Shown: in pieces, positions 41,153 through 55,074 of the stretch
Position numbering within the stretch: position 1 is the stretch's first letter
Layout: every line of letters starts with the position of its first letter
Source: Chrysomallon squamiferum
Lineage: Eukaryota; Animalia; Mollusca
Direction of reading: 5' to 3'
Length of the DNA: 64,000 nt
Assembly: GCA_012295275.1 (NCBI GenBank)
Contig: CM022665.1
Span: forward strand, 5,828,001 to 5,892,000
Notes under the pieces: model-generated
Seen by the model: the letters and a program-made list of their open reading frames with translations, nothing else
Told to the model about the DNA's origin: nothing
The model's database searches: none
Program-made: the position numbers and the translations under genes

Positions 41153-41410
41153 AAATTTTACTTCAACCTGAGATCTGTAAGTGGTTAAAATATATTCTTC
41201 TTATTTATTTGTTTATTTAAGTGCCATATTACATCAATATACATAACGAAAAACCGTAAAATACCGTCATATAGCACATAAACGCTTATTAGATACTTAT
41301 TTGATACCAAAGAGATGTATCGTGTAATGTAGTTCTTGTTATTGTACCTGTTGTAATACAATCAGAAAATATAACACCTCGGGCACGATTCAACCACCTT
41401 TTAATAAAAA
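41153..41410 (+). repeat. Copy 2 of a diverged local direct duplication
   Basis: Same blocks in the same order about 1.4 kb downstream, with about 34 bp extra between blocks. Confidence 0.85.
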
Positions 41411-41951
41411 AAAAAAAAAAAAACAAACAAAAAACATACTATCCAACACATAAAGCTTAAAAATTCGGTAAAATCAGACACTTAAACAATTATGAGTCTG
41501 ATATGGCCACAAGAAACAATAATATAATTTTTTTTTTTTTTTTTTAATATTTTTAAAATTTGAAATTGAAAAATACAGAAGTATTACAACAGGCTTTGCC
41601 AACACGCCTCTGTGTCAAATTAATCGTCAGTGCACAGACATTTAGATGAGTAATAAATTATGTTATTAATTATTGGTCTGTGATCTGAGTACATTTTTCT
41701 AATCGTTTATGAATTATATTTTATTAATCATTTTTATTGTTGAATTATATATTTTCTTTTTATTTATATTTTTTCTGTCTGTTTTCATGAATTATTTGTA
41801 TTGACTGGATGGATAATTATTATTATCTTGCGATGCGTTTGATTTTTAATAAAAAAAAATGTTTTTTTTTGCCATTTATTTATTTATTGTTTGGTGATGT
41901 TGTGGTGATGCTGGTGGTGTTTTGTTGTTGTTGTTATATTATTATTATTAC

Positions 41952-41991
<40 letters not shown>

Positions 41992-42687
41992 AGTTTGCCA
42001 TCATTTATTAACTTAGTATAAATAAAATGTGTGTGAGTGTAGGTGTATCTGTCTATATATATATATATATAAAAAAACTACATAAAAGTAACTTCGTACT
42101 TCCGTAAAAAGTATCTAATTAAACTCTGTTTATTTTCAGCAACGTAAACCACTTGAAATTGTCTTCCTGTTCGTCTTTGAAAAGCGGCAGCGATTTTGGG
42201 CGTAGTTCTTCTTAAAGTGCATAGTCAGTGAAAAAAAACAACAACAGCAAAGGCTACTTAAATAATATTGTATTTTTAAATAGACTGGTGAAAAACGAGG
42301 CCATGACAGGGCTTCTTCTACGCTCTGTTTTAATAATACTTAAAGTACAGAGACATATTCACTAGGAATTCTTTTTAAACTGAGACCCAGATTTCAATAC
42401 AGTCACAACTTCGACGACTTTGCTAAAATGAAATCGGTTTCGCGTTATTTAAAGCGAGAAGATTTCAAATCAGTGTCAGGCATTGTCTTCAGGCGTGTTT
42501 ATTAGCAGGAACAATTCACCTCCATAATTCTAATTATTTATTTTCCGTTCCAACCAGTGCTCAACCGTTATGTGTGTTCCCCATTGATGTAAACAGTCTC
42601 TACAGAGGAGGTTACTGCTAACAATAAATATGTATAGCTGACAATTTATGATTATAAAATTTAAAATATTCTAATTAGCAAATCCAC

Positions 42688-42780
42688 TGTGCGTGCGTGC
42701 GTGTGTGTATGTGTGTGCGTGTGTGTTACTGTGTGTGTTGTTTGTGCGTGTGCGCGTGTGTGTGTGCGTGCGTGTGTGCG

Positions 42781-42843
<63 letters not shown>

Positions 42844-42850
42844 GTGTGCA

Positions 42851-42882
<32 letters not shown>
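42688..42882. repeat. (TG/TGCG)n microsatellite
   Basis: Seen directly. Confidence 0.9.
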
Positions 42883-42883
<1 letters not shown>

Positions 42884-43368
42884 TGAGAACGTAAACGTAT
42901 GATAAACGCTGTGGTCGGGGTCACCCTGTTGATGTGACCAGGTGTGTAAATCTGATATTTATATCAGCAATGTGAATCTACTGACAAGTTTCTTAGTAAA
43001 CACGATATTTACAGTTTTACACAAGTAGGTCTGTTTTAATACAGCATGTTTATCTGTGTCGTAAAGTTAAGGTAAAAAAAAAAAACGTAAATAATTAAGT
43101 AGTAAATAATGAAATTTTACAGATACTTAAACAATGAAAGAGAGAGAGAGCGATAGAGAGACACAGACAGAGATAGACCCAGACACACAGAACTAGAGTT
43201 AGACAGAAGGGAAGAGACTGACAGACAGACAGACAAACAGACATTCTGACTGAAACAGAAAGAGGTAGTTGTAGAGATGATGAGTGAGAGAATTACACGA
43301 GACTGGAAACAGTTTGGGATCTCGTTAACAGTGCTTACACATTAAGATTTTTAAATATACATACATAC

Positions 43369-43449
<81 letters not shown>

Positions 43450-43742
43450 AACAGTGTCGATAGCACTGTAATCTGTATTTGGAATGCTATTTATTTAAGA
43501 CGTATTTGTATAATCAAAGGCTATGATATCTTGTTGTATACTATTGTCCTTTAATTGTTTTTGTCTTTGTGGCTGTTGTTTTCTTTTGTTTTGTTTTTTT
43601 TTTGTTGTTTTTTTTTGTTGTCTGTTTTGTTTTTGTTTTGTTTGTTTGTTTGTTTTTTTTTGTTTGTTTGTTTTTGTTGTTTGTACTTTGTTTCGGTTTT
43701 AGTTTTTAATATTATAAAAAACTGTTTATTTATTTATTTATT

Positions 43743-43777
<35 letters not shown>

Positions 43778-44439
43778 ATTATTATTATTTGGTGTATATT
43801 GTTTGTTAGTTATTTGGTTGTTGTTGTTTTGTTTTTTTTTGTTGCTGTTTTGATTTGTTTTTGGTGTTTTTTTTTTTTTTTTTTTGGTTTTTTTTTTTTT
43901 TTTTTGTTGTTTTTTTTTTTTTTTTTTTCTTCTTCTTCTTTATGAATGACTAGGCACTGAATTAAAATATCTAAATCAAATAATAAACCCCATAAAACAA
44001 ATTATAATTCAGATGTGTCGAATTTGTATTTAGTCACTGTGCATAAACTATCCACGGTACATATCTACTCAATGCATGCCTGAACATAACAACAGAACTG
44101 AAAGATAACAGGCTTACACTTAAAACTTGTTAATGTTTGAGGAATATTTAGCAAGGCCTTAAAAAGTCTAAAGTATTCGATATGGTCTGGAAACGTTTTA
44201 GCCATTTGCACAAATGCATATTATTAATGATCGTGCAGCGTGAAGAATCGGGTTTCGAGAATCGACGTGATTTTCAGTGTCCACGTCAGTTAGCCATCGT
44301 CCAGTCTTGTTAGACAGTCACTAAAGACCGTGCCACAGAAGTTACCTGGAGAAAATATCTCCCTAATTCCTCTTTGTACTGGAAGAAACTGGAGTGAAGA
44401 GTTTTAATTATCGCCATAATCTCTTCGTAATGTTAAAGG

Positions 44440-44636
44440 GAACTGAAAAGATAATTTTGAACTATCGACCTACCTCTCCGGTTAAGGTTAACCGAAACTG
44501 AAATCATGATATCGGACTATCGACCTATACCACCTTTCACTGTTTATCGAAATTGCAAAGATGATTTTGGACTATCGACCTATCTCCTGACGGTGTTAGT
44601 AGAAACTGAAAATGTATTTTTGAACTACTGTCCATA
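44440..44636. repeat. Diverged ~55-bp tandem repeat, 3.5 copies
   Basis: ACTATCGACCTA at 44461, 44516 and 44571, with a decayed copy near 44624. Confidence 0.8.
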
Positions 44637-44829
44637 TACGTTTACCAAACATCCAAAGCATTTTAAATTTGTCTACAAAATCTTTAAGTTTCATTTGAAA
44701 AATTCAATGAACAATTTCCACTTCTTGATGATTCATTAAATTTTAACAGCATCAGAGATCTGATAGAAATTAATTAATTTTGAATAAGTCTTATTTGTTT
44801 TTCTATGATAAAGAAGCCAACTGCGGATA

Positions 44830-44865
<36 letters not shown>

Positions 44866-45570
44866 TAAATTAAATAAATAAATAAAATTAAATAATAAAG
44901 AAAGCAGTAAAACAATGGAGAGTAATAAACAATAAAGAAAAGATAAGGAAAAATAATAGGAACAGAAAGAAAAGAAAAAGAAAGAAAGAAAAATAAATGA
45001 ATTGAGAGAAAACGATAATCTGTATACATTTGTAATATAAAAAAAAAAAATTTAACTTAAAATATGAAGAACTAAAATGAAATACTGGATACCACAACGA
45101 AAACACCTTTTCGTTTCAATAATTACTTTCATATCTAATATCCCAAGGCATTTTCACAAAACAGCTGTGGAGCATTTGTTGGAACTGGAAATAACCTCAA
45201 GGTCGATCTATCATCTTACGTATTTCTTTATCATATCGGTAGTGAGTGCATTGAGTGAGTAGTGAATGACAGTCACGAAGTGTAGATTTTCATGTGTTAA
45301 CACGATCTTTACATCTTGCTTTATAACCCATCACAGATGATAGAACGAGTTAATGACGTTATTAAAGTCTCTGTGAGAACGACACACTTAAAAGGGTCAT
45401 ATTTCAATAGCAAAAATAAATAATGGTTTCTAGACAATAAAAAAAAAAATGTATTTGAAACTTTTGTATATGTAGGAAATTGTATAAGATGTCGAACACT
45501 TTTAGGAATCGTATTTATACAGTCTCACCTAAATAAAACCTATACATTTGTTTTAAATATTATTAATATG

Positions 45571-45627
<57 letters not shown>

Positions 45628-46023
45628 TATTATCAGTATCATTATTATTGTTGTTAATGTTGATGGTTTTTTTTATTAGTATTTAATAAGATAATAAACA
45701 AATAATGTCAGTTTATTATCTATTATTTTCTTTAGTTCTTCAGTTTTATTTTTCTTCTTTCTGTTAATGTTTTGTTTTTGTTTTTTTATATAATTATGAT
45801 TATTTTTTTTTTTTTTTAACCTTTGTTATTATTATTACTAAAAGAAAATAATTTGAAATATTCAAGATACAAAGTATTCGTATTCCAACATCTACGCAAG
45901 CTCAAATAAGTTCTGTAGTAGAATAAGAACTTTAATATACTGATGATGAATGAACACATAAAAAGAAAACGATGACGGTGACGATGATGAATGAAGACAC
46001 AAAAAGATAACGATGATGGTGAC

Positions 46024-46055
<32 letters not shown>

Positions 46056-46713
46056 CAACGACGATTTTGATGATAAGAAAATGAAATATAGTTTAGACGT
46101 TATAATATTTTTTCAAAAGTTAAATAACATCTTACCTAATAACAGTCGTGCTGCAGATTTCATATTTTTGAACTCGGAAAGCTGTTTTCTTCCTATCCAG
46201 CGACAAAACGGCAAATGTGAAGATCTTGCCCTGAGCGGCCTCTCTGTGCTGTGTTTTGTCTCATTCTCTGATGTACATGGTTCGGTGAACAACCCCGTGC
46301 AACGACCGTGACTTTAAGGTTCATTCATACGGCACGTTGTACAGTAACCACTAGTAGTATACAATTTGACTGGATTTAAATTTATAATTTTCCTTGGGTG
46401 GATTCGGTTCACTGACTCAAATTCGGGATGATATAAAAAAATATATATATATATATATAACTATCGCATTAATTTACCTTTGAAGTTTTATGTATGTAAT
46501 ATATAGATATTAATTTTTATTTTCTAGTACAGTGAGTGATTACAGCGCAAGTATGTGTCATAGTTATATGCAGGAGCAGAAATAACCTTTCTTAGTGCGC
46601 CTATAAGGATTTTTCCCGTTCTAGCTTTGTTCATCTAATACTATCGTATATGCTTACCTTTCTATGTGAAATTGATTTTAAAAAGTTTCTTCGATAAGTA
46701 AAATCAAGATTTG

Positions 46714-46762
<49 letters not shown>

Positions 46763-47116
46763 TGACTGACTTCTAAGAATTCTATTGTATTTCTGATTAA
46801 TTCAATTTAGGAGATGATTAAATTAAAAATCATTGAAAAGCGAGTTTCGGAAAACCTGTATAAAAATCTTCTACTGTGCACATTTCTTTGTCTGCTAATA
46901 ATCTGTATATATTTATATTTATCCAAAATTTAATAGCTGAAAAGAGAATGTATTTGTTTTATTCTTTTGTATTAACTTCCAGTCCACTGAGATAGTCAGT
47001 ATACCGAAACCTCAGAAGAAACAAACAGTAAACAGGCTGAAAGTGAGCCGTCATATCAGTTACAATTGGTATGTTAAAAACAATAAAAAGCCATTAAAAT
47101 AATTATAATAAAAAAA

Positions 47117-47183
<67 letters not shown>

Positions 47184-47336
47184 ATTTTAAAAAATCTTTC
47201 TCGACTTTACAGTTATAAATCTCCAAAGAAACTTCTGTGTTGTCTGTAATTATATTACAAGTTTATTTTTAAAAATAACTGCATATTCAGGCTGGCCATG
47301 ACTAATTCGGCATCTCAGGAACCTGTAGGTTGCCGG

Positions 47337-48243
47337 TGTCAGAGAATATTTTGTTCCCCCCGAACATTCGTTCCCCCTGGAAGGAATATTTGTTTCCCCC
47401 CACTCTGTGTTTAATTTCAGGCGTAGTTCTGTATTCTATTTGTGATAATTACTGCATAAAGTGTGTGTCTGTTGAAACTGATTGAACACCACTGCAAATA
47501 GAGATTCACAAAAACATATTTATAACTGCAGATAGGTGGAGAAATAACTGAGGGATACATTTTTCAGGGTACTTGATCACTACTGCCATCTTGAAAATAG
47601 GGACATATATATTTTATTTTTAAATGTAGTTGAAAATATTCATCCCTAAATTCATTTATCATTGATAATTATTTTGAAATGTGTTGCATTCGGCCCCAAT
47701 CTTTTAACAAAAGTGCTACAATAACACAGCTTCTGATGTTGGGATTTTTTTTGTTTTTCTTCTTTTTTTTTTTTTTTTTTTAAATGTCAGGACCAGAATC
47801 ACTTATTAGAACATGAAGTGTGAAAATAAGGCCATTGACGAGACCCTTCATTTTGATATACACCAACGATTATGATGATGAGGATTAACAAGCTCCTGGT
47901 TTAAGCGACTGCAGGAAAATATCCTCAGGTTTACTAAAAAAATCAGAAAGGTACACTTTGCAATGCAGCCTGGTGCATTATTGCTACCCCTGGGTAAGTG
48001 GTCAAAGTGACCCAGAAAGCCAAAATTCTACAATCTGTCCATTATGATGAGTTACCAGGAGGATATTTTGCCTGGGAGAAAAATGTGGCAGAAGTTAAGG
48101 TGCCACTTTTCTGGGAAAGGCACGAGTGATGATTGTAAGGACTATTGTGCACATTGCGAAAAATGTCAACGATACCACAAATCAGCCATAACGACACTCA
48201 GTGAGTTAACACCAGTACCTTTACCTTGTCAAGTAATTCTTCT

Positions 48244-48275
<32 letters not shown>

Positions 48276-48749
48276 CTTTTTTTTTTCAAAATAAATATTA
48301 GATTGAAGCTGACATCACCAGCAATCACTGAATAAACGTTTGTCTCGAAATTATCATATATATTCTCACCCTGTACACATAAATGTAATAAAAATACATT
48401 ATTCTACTGAATATGTATGCATAGTCGTGTGTTTATCTTTAACATTAAAAAAAAGTTATTCAGGCCTGGGTTATCTGCCACTCCTTTTGCTAATTCTTAT
48501 TTCCATTTATCGAAATACTGAGGACAGTTAGTACGCCCGTGTGAAAATACTGAGGAAAATTATTTTTTAAAAAATGTATTGTTTTCCAATCTCAAAATTT
48601 AAAGTTAAAGCATGGGGAACTAATATTCGCTACACATCAGTTCCTCCAATCATGGCAGGAACAAATGTTCGTGGGCAGAAACAAATATTCGTTTCCCCCA
48701 GGAGTACATATATTCGCCAGATATTCGGGGGAACAAATATTCTTTCACA
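47337..48749 (+). mobile_element. Ginger1-type DNA transposon, internally deleted and decayed (1413 bp)
   Basis: Termini TGT...ACA. Imperfect TIRs TGTCAGAGAATATTTTGTTCCCCCCGAA versus reverse complement TGTGAAAGAATATTTGTTCCCCCGAA, with subterminal GGGGGAAC.AATATTC repeats. Exact 4-bp flanking duplication CCGG (47333-47336, 48750-48753). Internal Gypsy-like integrase zinc-finger relic. Confidence 0.85.
47813..48232 (+). pseudogene. Frameshifted N-terminal exon of Ginger transposase (integrase H2C2 zinc-binding domain)
   Basis: KAKILQSVHYDELPGGYF in one frame, then GRKMWQKLRCHFSGKGTSDDCKDYCAHCEKCQRYHK...ELTPVPLP in the next. The second His appears mutated to Tyr and stops occur upstream. Bounded by acceptor (T)n..cag at 47790 and donor CAA|GTAATT at 48232. 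No DDE core is visible. Confidence 0.75.
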
Positions 48750-49214
48750 CCGGACTAATGAAGCGCGGATAACTTATTGTTACGTTAGAATGCACTTAAC
48801 TTGTAACGTAAAAATCCGGTCAGAAAATAAGACCTGCCAAACAAATTTTAGTACTATAAAATAAATTGGATGTGGACAGAAGCCAGCAATCGAACGGCAT
48901 AGAATAGACATTTAGTGGGCATGTGTAGACCCTGATAGCTAAACTTCCCAATAATACTGAGCAATTTACTATTGTGTGTTCGACATGTATGCATCGTTAC
49001 TTGTCATTCTTAGGCGCGAGGACGTTCCCTGACAATACAGATTCCAGTATGATTTCTCATTTTTGTTCAAGCGATTATTTCCGACGCGCAGCATGATCGC
49101 TCGTTTTATTTGCACAAGAATGTTAATCATTCTAAAACAGAAAGATTAATTTGTTTGTCTAGCAATGTTTAATGCATGAAATTTAATTTTGTGATTGCAT
49201 ACAAACAAAACGCG

Positions 49215-49296
<82 letters not shown>

Positions 49297-52200
49297 ATAA
49301 TTGTGTGCGTTTCTTTCTTTACCTACCTGTATATAAGCCTATCTCTCTGTTACTTTATTTTTATTTTCTATTTATGTTTTGGGGATATTTCATCATTAAT
49401 CCAGTTCTCACAATCTTACAAGTAGTCTTCTCTTTCTACATTTGTGTAATTAAATGCTTTCTAATCTATCTGTACTTTTCTTAAAGACTGTATAAATTAC
49501 TAAAAGTATTGTTAATAACATCTTTTTTAATTTCCATTTTTCTCTTCTATTTAAGTCGAATTTCTTATTACTGATTGTATTTCAGTGACAGCCTTTACTT
49601 CCCTTGTTGTTTGTTTGGAACAGTTCGTGTCTTTATTTTGCATCAAATTACTTTCTGCAAACAAACAATTTAGAAAACATTAGTGAAAAACTAAACCTCT
49701 AAAAACTCTTTTTTTTTTTTTCTTTCTTTTTTTTAAAACAAAGAATTGTTGTGTCTCGCTTTTGCTGTTTGTTACAAGCTTCCACAGTTCCTAATGACCC
49801 TTTTAGTGTTTTTGGTTAAGCATATGAATCTCTGACTTCTTTCCTGCATCACGAATGACGTGTGTCTGGTCTGTTAAACCAGCTTCAAAAGATATCCAAA
49901 GGTCACTTCTGCTGTCTTAGTATCGAGATCATAGCTGACGACACGTTTCATGTATTTAATACAATGTCTAAAACCATTCTGACTGCGTGGAAAGAAGGGT
50001 GCTGTTTGAAAAATCTTTATAATATTACAGAAGCTGTAGAAGAGAATGTGCTTAGAAACGGACCACTGGATTTAATTCATTAATTATTCACCTTTCGTAT
50101 GTGGAAAGATCTGAAATTTTTTACTAAAGTCCTTACCAAATGTATCATATTAACGATCAAAGAATACTGCAAGTATTAAGACTGTTGTTATTTTCCTACA
50201 GGAAATGTATTGCTAGATAGCCGTGAGTTGATTAATAATGTCTGTCTGTCTCTCTGTCCGTCTGAAAGGTCTGCTACTGTTACTTGGGCATGTCTTTCGT
50301 AATAGGTTGTTATTTTTATATGTAAGTTACGTTATTTTATACGATACAGTATCTGCATTTTCGTTGTTAATTTAGTGTTATCTTCTATCAATGACACGGA
50401 TGCTAACATCTATATGGGGTTTTGGGTCTTTTTGGTTTGTTTTGGGGAGGGTTCTTTGTCTTTCTTTATACATATGTTACAATTTTTTTCTGCAATTCTT
50501 TTGTCTAACTCAAGTTCTATTGTTTCCATAAAACATCCCCTTTTGACAAAACGACAACATCAGTGAAACAGTACAAAAATGTTTTCTGAAAGAGCTAACT
50601 GATTCACTGTACAGTTTAACGAAGTATCAGTAAATGTTTCGTTCTTTTAAAAAAACAAACAAAAAAAAAAACAAGAAGAAAAAACAAGAAGAAAAAAAAA
50701 GAAGAAGTAAAAAAACAAGAAAAAAAAACAAAAAGAAAAAAAAAAGAAAATATTTTACTGTAACGTAATGTCACCGGCTTTCTGAGGTTAAAAGATGGCG
50801 GTTAACGATCAATTTGTCAAAATGAGAACTTGCAGACGTTCGATACTGCATCGATATAGTTCTGTTTTCATCAGATGCTTCTTTCGTAATGACCCTATAT
50901 CTTAATTGAAAATTCCATCGTTTACTATAAAAGACAATTTTATTATTCTCTCCATCTGCTAAAAACTGTCTAAGTGATTACATTATCGACGGAAACTCAT
51001 TGGCGTTGATATCCTCTATCTTGAACGTTCAGTAAACGTCTCTTCTGGGTAACTGTTATTGTTTTTGTTTTCTTTACTAAATTAGACACAAGCATTAAAT
51101 TAAAAAGATTTATTAATAACTGAATATTACGAAGTTTACAGAATCTTCAATTTCGAATAATTTTCTTCTTTTTCTGTCTTTATCATAATTTATTCAAGGC
51201 GACGCGAGCTGAACTTCAGATGTTTTCATTACTCAAACGATCAGATCTTTACCCTATTCAGACGAGTGTCGTCAGGCAGTTAGACGAGAAATGCACACGT
51301 TATTTATAATCAGTGAACAAAGTAAATGTAATTGACTTATTCAAGTTCGGGATTATTTCCGCTAAGTTATTATTATTAGTTTAATAATTTTATCCACAAA
51401 ACACGTACTTGTAAAACATTCTAAAAATCGAAGCGTATTGATACGATTCATATCGTCAGCCCGCGGGTGATGTGAACAACGCGCCAATCATTGCCTCATC
51501 TTTATGTTATAGCGCGCCTTCAAATATTGTCCCTGCTTCTCAGGAACTTGTTTCTTTTGTGGTCGTGCAAACCAAATCCAATATATCTGTCTAGTGCTTT
51601 CGGCATCTCTTGCTGTTTGACAAAGCGGGTGATGCCAATAGAACGAATCAGCCGAGAGTTTGGCGGTAATTAAACCCTGTCCTCGGGGAACTACTTTTTA
51701 CTCGCACCAAAAGAACGCCATTGAAGACCCTCGTCCAATATTGGGACTCTCTGAGTGGGGAATGTGCCGTGTAAAGAAAGGCATTCAGGACAGGGTTATT
51801 CTACTTGAATGATCCGACAGACGCCAAATATCCAATTTAATGATGCTAGACGCAGAGAAACAACTTTCAGCAAGTGCTGTATAAATTATGGGAACACGCT
51901 CAACATTCTCGCAAATTACCATTTCATCGTCGGAGAAAAAAGTCACTTGTGTTTTAATATTCAAAACAACGTCTGACATCATTCTAATACAGCGCAGCGA
52001 ACAGTTTTCTTTACAAGACGACAGAAAATAATTTTTATCTGATAAATGAATAAATCAGTGAAAATACGAGTTTTTTTCCCTAATAATTGATAAAATTTCA
52101 TAAATGAAAAGTACAGAGCACCAGTAACATAAAGAACACTTAAAAAAAAAATATATTAAATTACGTTTCCAGACGATTACCAAATCTTAATTCAGATTTG

Positions 52201-52590
52201 TAACTTTTCGATTAACAAACAAAACATAAAGAAAGTTTTCTCTTTAAATCATTTTATTGTGAACTGATCTGAGGTTTGACCTTTTGACAGTTCCAAAGCA
52301 TTGTCTGATTACTTTTGTTATAGAAAAAGAAAAAGAAAAAATACGAAACAAATTATCTGAATTTTTTAGTTTTCATCTGTTAACTTTTTGCTGTTCTAAC
52401 TGTAACTGAAACGTGTTGATGAAGTCATGTAAGTCGTTTTTAATTTCTAATTTTTCAAATCACCAGCAGGCATTTTATATTTTAGAAATCCATAACACAT
52501 GAAAAGTAATCTGATTTTATTAAAAAAATAAAAATAAAAAAAAAATAAAAATTTAAATTTAATAATTAAATCAATAAATAAATTAAAAAA

Positions 52591-52621
<31 letters not shown>

Positions 52622-53362
52622 TAATAACAATAATAATGATAATAATGATAATAATAATAATAAATAAATAAGTAAATAAATAAATAAAAATAAAAGACTA
52701 CCAGAATCGTTTTCTGGTGCAGATTCGCTCAGTACTTCTAACGTTTCTGTACGCGAGTCAACTCGACGAACTCTTTAAACCAATTTTTCATGTTTTAATG
52801 TTTACAAACGATCACCCATGCAGTTAAACAAAGGGTGATTAACGTGAACACAGTTTCTGTATTGATCTGCAGGAGGACAGAAGTACCAGGTCTCAGTGTA
52901 CCACATAATAATGTCTTCTTTAACTGCACGCGTCACTAAGGGCATTGACATCCAATTTCTGCACAAACGTATCATCTAACTTCCAAATCTGCTCCAGAAA
53001 AAAAAATTAAACAATTTTGAAATATTTACTGAGAAAGACGTAATGTTCCATAGAGATATGTCTAGAAAAAAAAAAAAAAAATGTTTTTATTATTAATTTC
53101 TGTTTTGAAACATGCTGAACTTTTGTTTTCAAAGTGGTTTTGGTAATTACGAGTTCGAAGGTTACGGAGTGCAGAGTTTCGGAAAATGATTCCTCGTCGA
53201 GTTCAGTCAGTTTACGTTTCAAAGTGTCAGCTAAATTATTTAAAATAATTACAGGATCTTTTGCCTAAGCTGCATGGATTATATTTTGTTTAAATTAGAT
53301 AGAGAATATTTTATTTAAAATACATAAGGATTCGTTTAATATACGAATAATCTTTTATTTAA

Positions 53363-53406
<44 letters not shown>

Positions 53407-53538
53407 TTATTTTTTTTTTTTTTTTTTTACTTATTCTTTCTTTTATCATCTGTCTTATATAATTTTCTGAATCTAGCCAGAACTATGATTATAAATATCA
53501 AGGTTTATTCTTCTACTACTTATTTTTCTTTTCCCTAC

Positions 53539-53583
<45 letters not shown>

Positions 53584-55027
53584 TTTTTGCTTTATGTATT
53601 TATTTATTTATTATTTTTTTTATTATTATTATTATTATTTGTTTGTTTTTATTTATTTGTTTTATTTTTATTATTATTATTTTTTTAAATGTTTAAATTT
53701 TTTCTCCTATTAAAGAGAAGGAAAGAATAGAAAAACAAAATATATTAATGAAGAACAAAAGTAGCTAAAAGGAACAAATAAGAAAATTACATAAATATAT
53801 ATATTAATGTGCCTTGTAAGAGGAAGAATCTAATTCAGAAATAGACATCATGGAATATGGAGACACGTTTCTGTTACAGATTGTGTGCGCCTGCTTCGTA
53901 CTAAAATCAAAATTAATTAAACAAGTTTATCAAGAGTTCGCAAACTAACTGCCTGTATTGTGGTTCAGATTAGTTATATGTGGAACAGGTCGATGATGAG
54001 TTTTTGATTCGTTTCAGTAAAACACATTCTGTAAGCTGATGGATAATTAATTCGAAACGAGGTCTTTCCTTTAACAATTATAACACATATGAGTGCGTGC
54101 GTGCGTGCGTGCGTGAGTGCATGTGTGTGTACTTTTGTATATGTGTTCGTGAGTCTGACTGCGGAGGTTAGAAAATTAATTATTCAATTACTGTATTATC
54201 GGCTTGTATTATTGAATAGACTTTGATTAACAGTGTTAGTAGGTTAATGCCTGTTATCACGCAGAGCATCTGCTTTGAAGTCGACATTAGAAAGAAAATG
54301 TTGGTGTCTGTCTGAGTTAGTTCGTCTGTGCAACCACGATGCCACCCAGACATTTGTTTGTCTACTCCGAGACGAAAAAAAACCACAAAAAACCACCTAC
54401 ATTAAACGAATATTTTAAGTACAGACAGGACTATTGTGGGCCCTCGGTATAATCTATTACTAGTTTATAACGGAAAAACAGTGTCTTAGTCGGATCAAGT
54501 TTTGTCTTGTCATAGCAGGCTTGGTAATTTTCTTTCCTCGTTCTTTTAAGAACCAGTCATAATTACAGTTTATTTATTTATGTTATTGTTATAGACGAGT
54601 ATTCTCTCATTTGTATATGTTGCCCTTTATATAAATTGGCATTATTTAAGAATATCTTTATTACATGTTTTTGTCCTCCGTCATTCATTTTATTTTTTTT
54701 CTTATATAGATTTGCAAGGAATTATGATGACAGACATTAAATTAAATTAAATCAGAAGAGAATCTGCTTAATCTTTTAAAGAATAATAAGCTTACACAGA
54801 TATTTTAGGAACATTGTTTTTAACGACATTGATTTTTGTTTTCTATTTTCTTGTTGTCTGGATGACGTACTCAGTTTAATTACTCCACATGAATTTATTG
54901 TCCTTTAATATGATAGTCTAGATATTTTTATATTCTTTGTGTATGTATGTTTTTATGTATGTATGTGTGTGTGTGTATGTATGTGTGTGTGGGGGTTTGT
55001 GTGTGTGTGTGTGTGTTTTATTTTATT

Positions 55028-55074
<47 letters not shown>

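Noticed and set aside
46297-46342. Hairpin gtgcaacgaccgt...acggcacgttgtac as a pre-miRNA
   Set aside because: Stem is short and bulged, with no match to a miRNA I recognise.
46978-47020. Minimal hammerhead ribozyme (CTGAGA...CGAAAC)
   Set aside because: Core does not match CUGANGA, and stems II and III could not be built convincingly.
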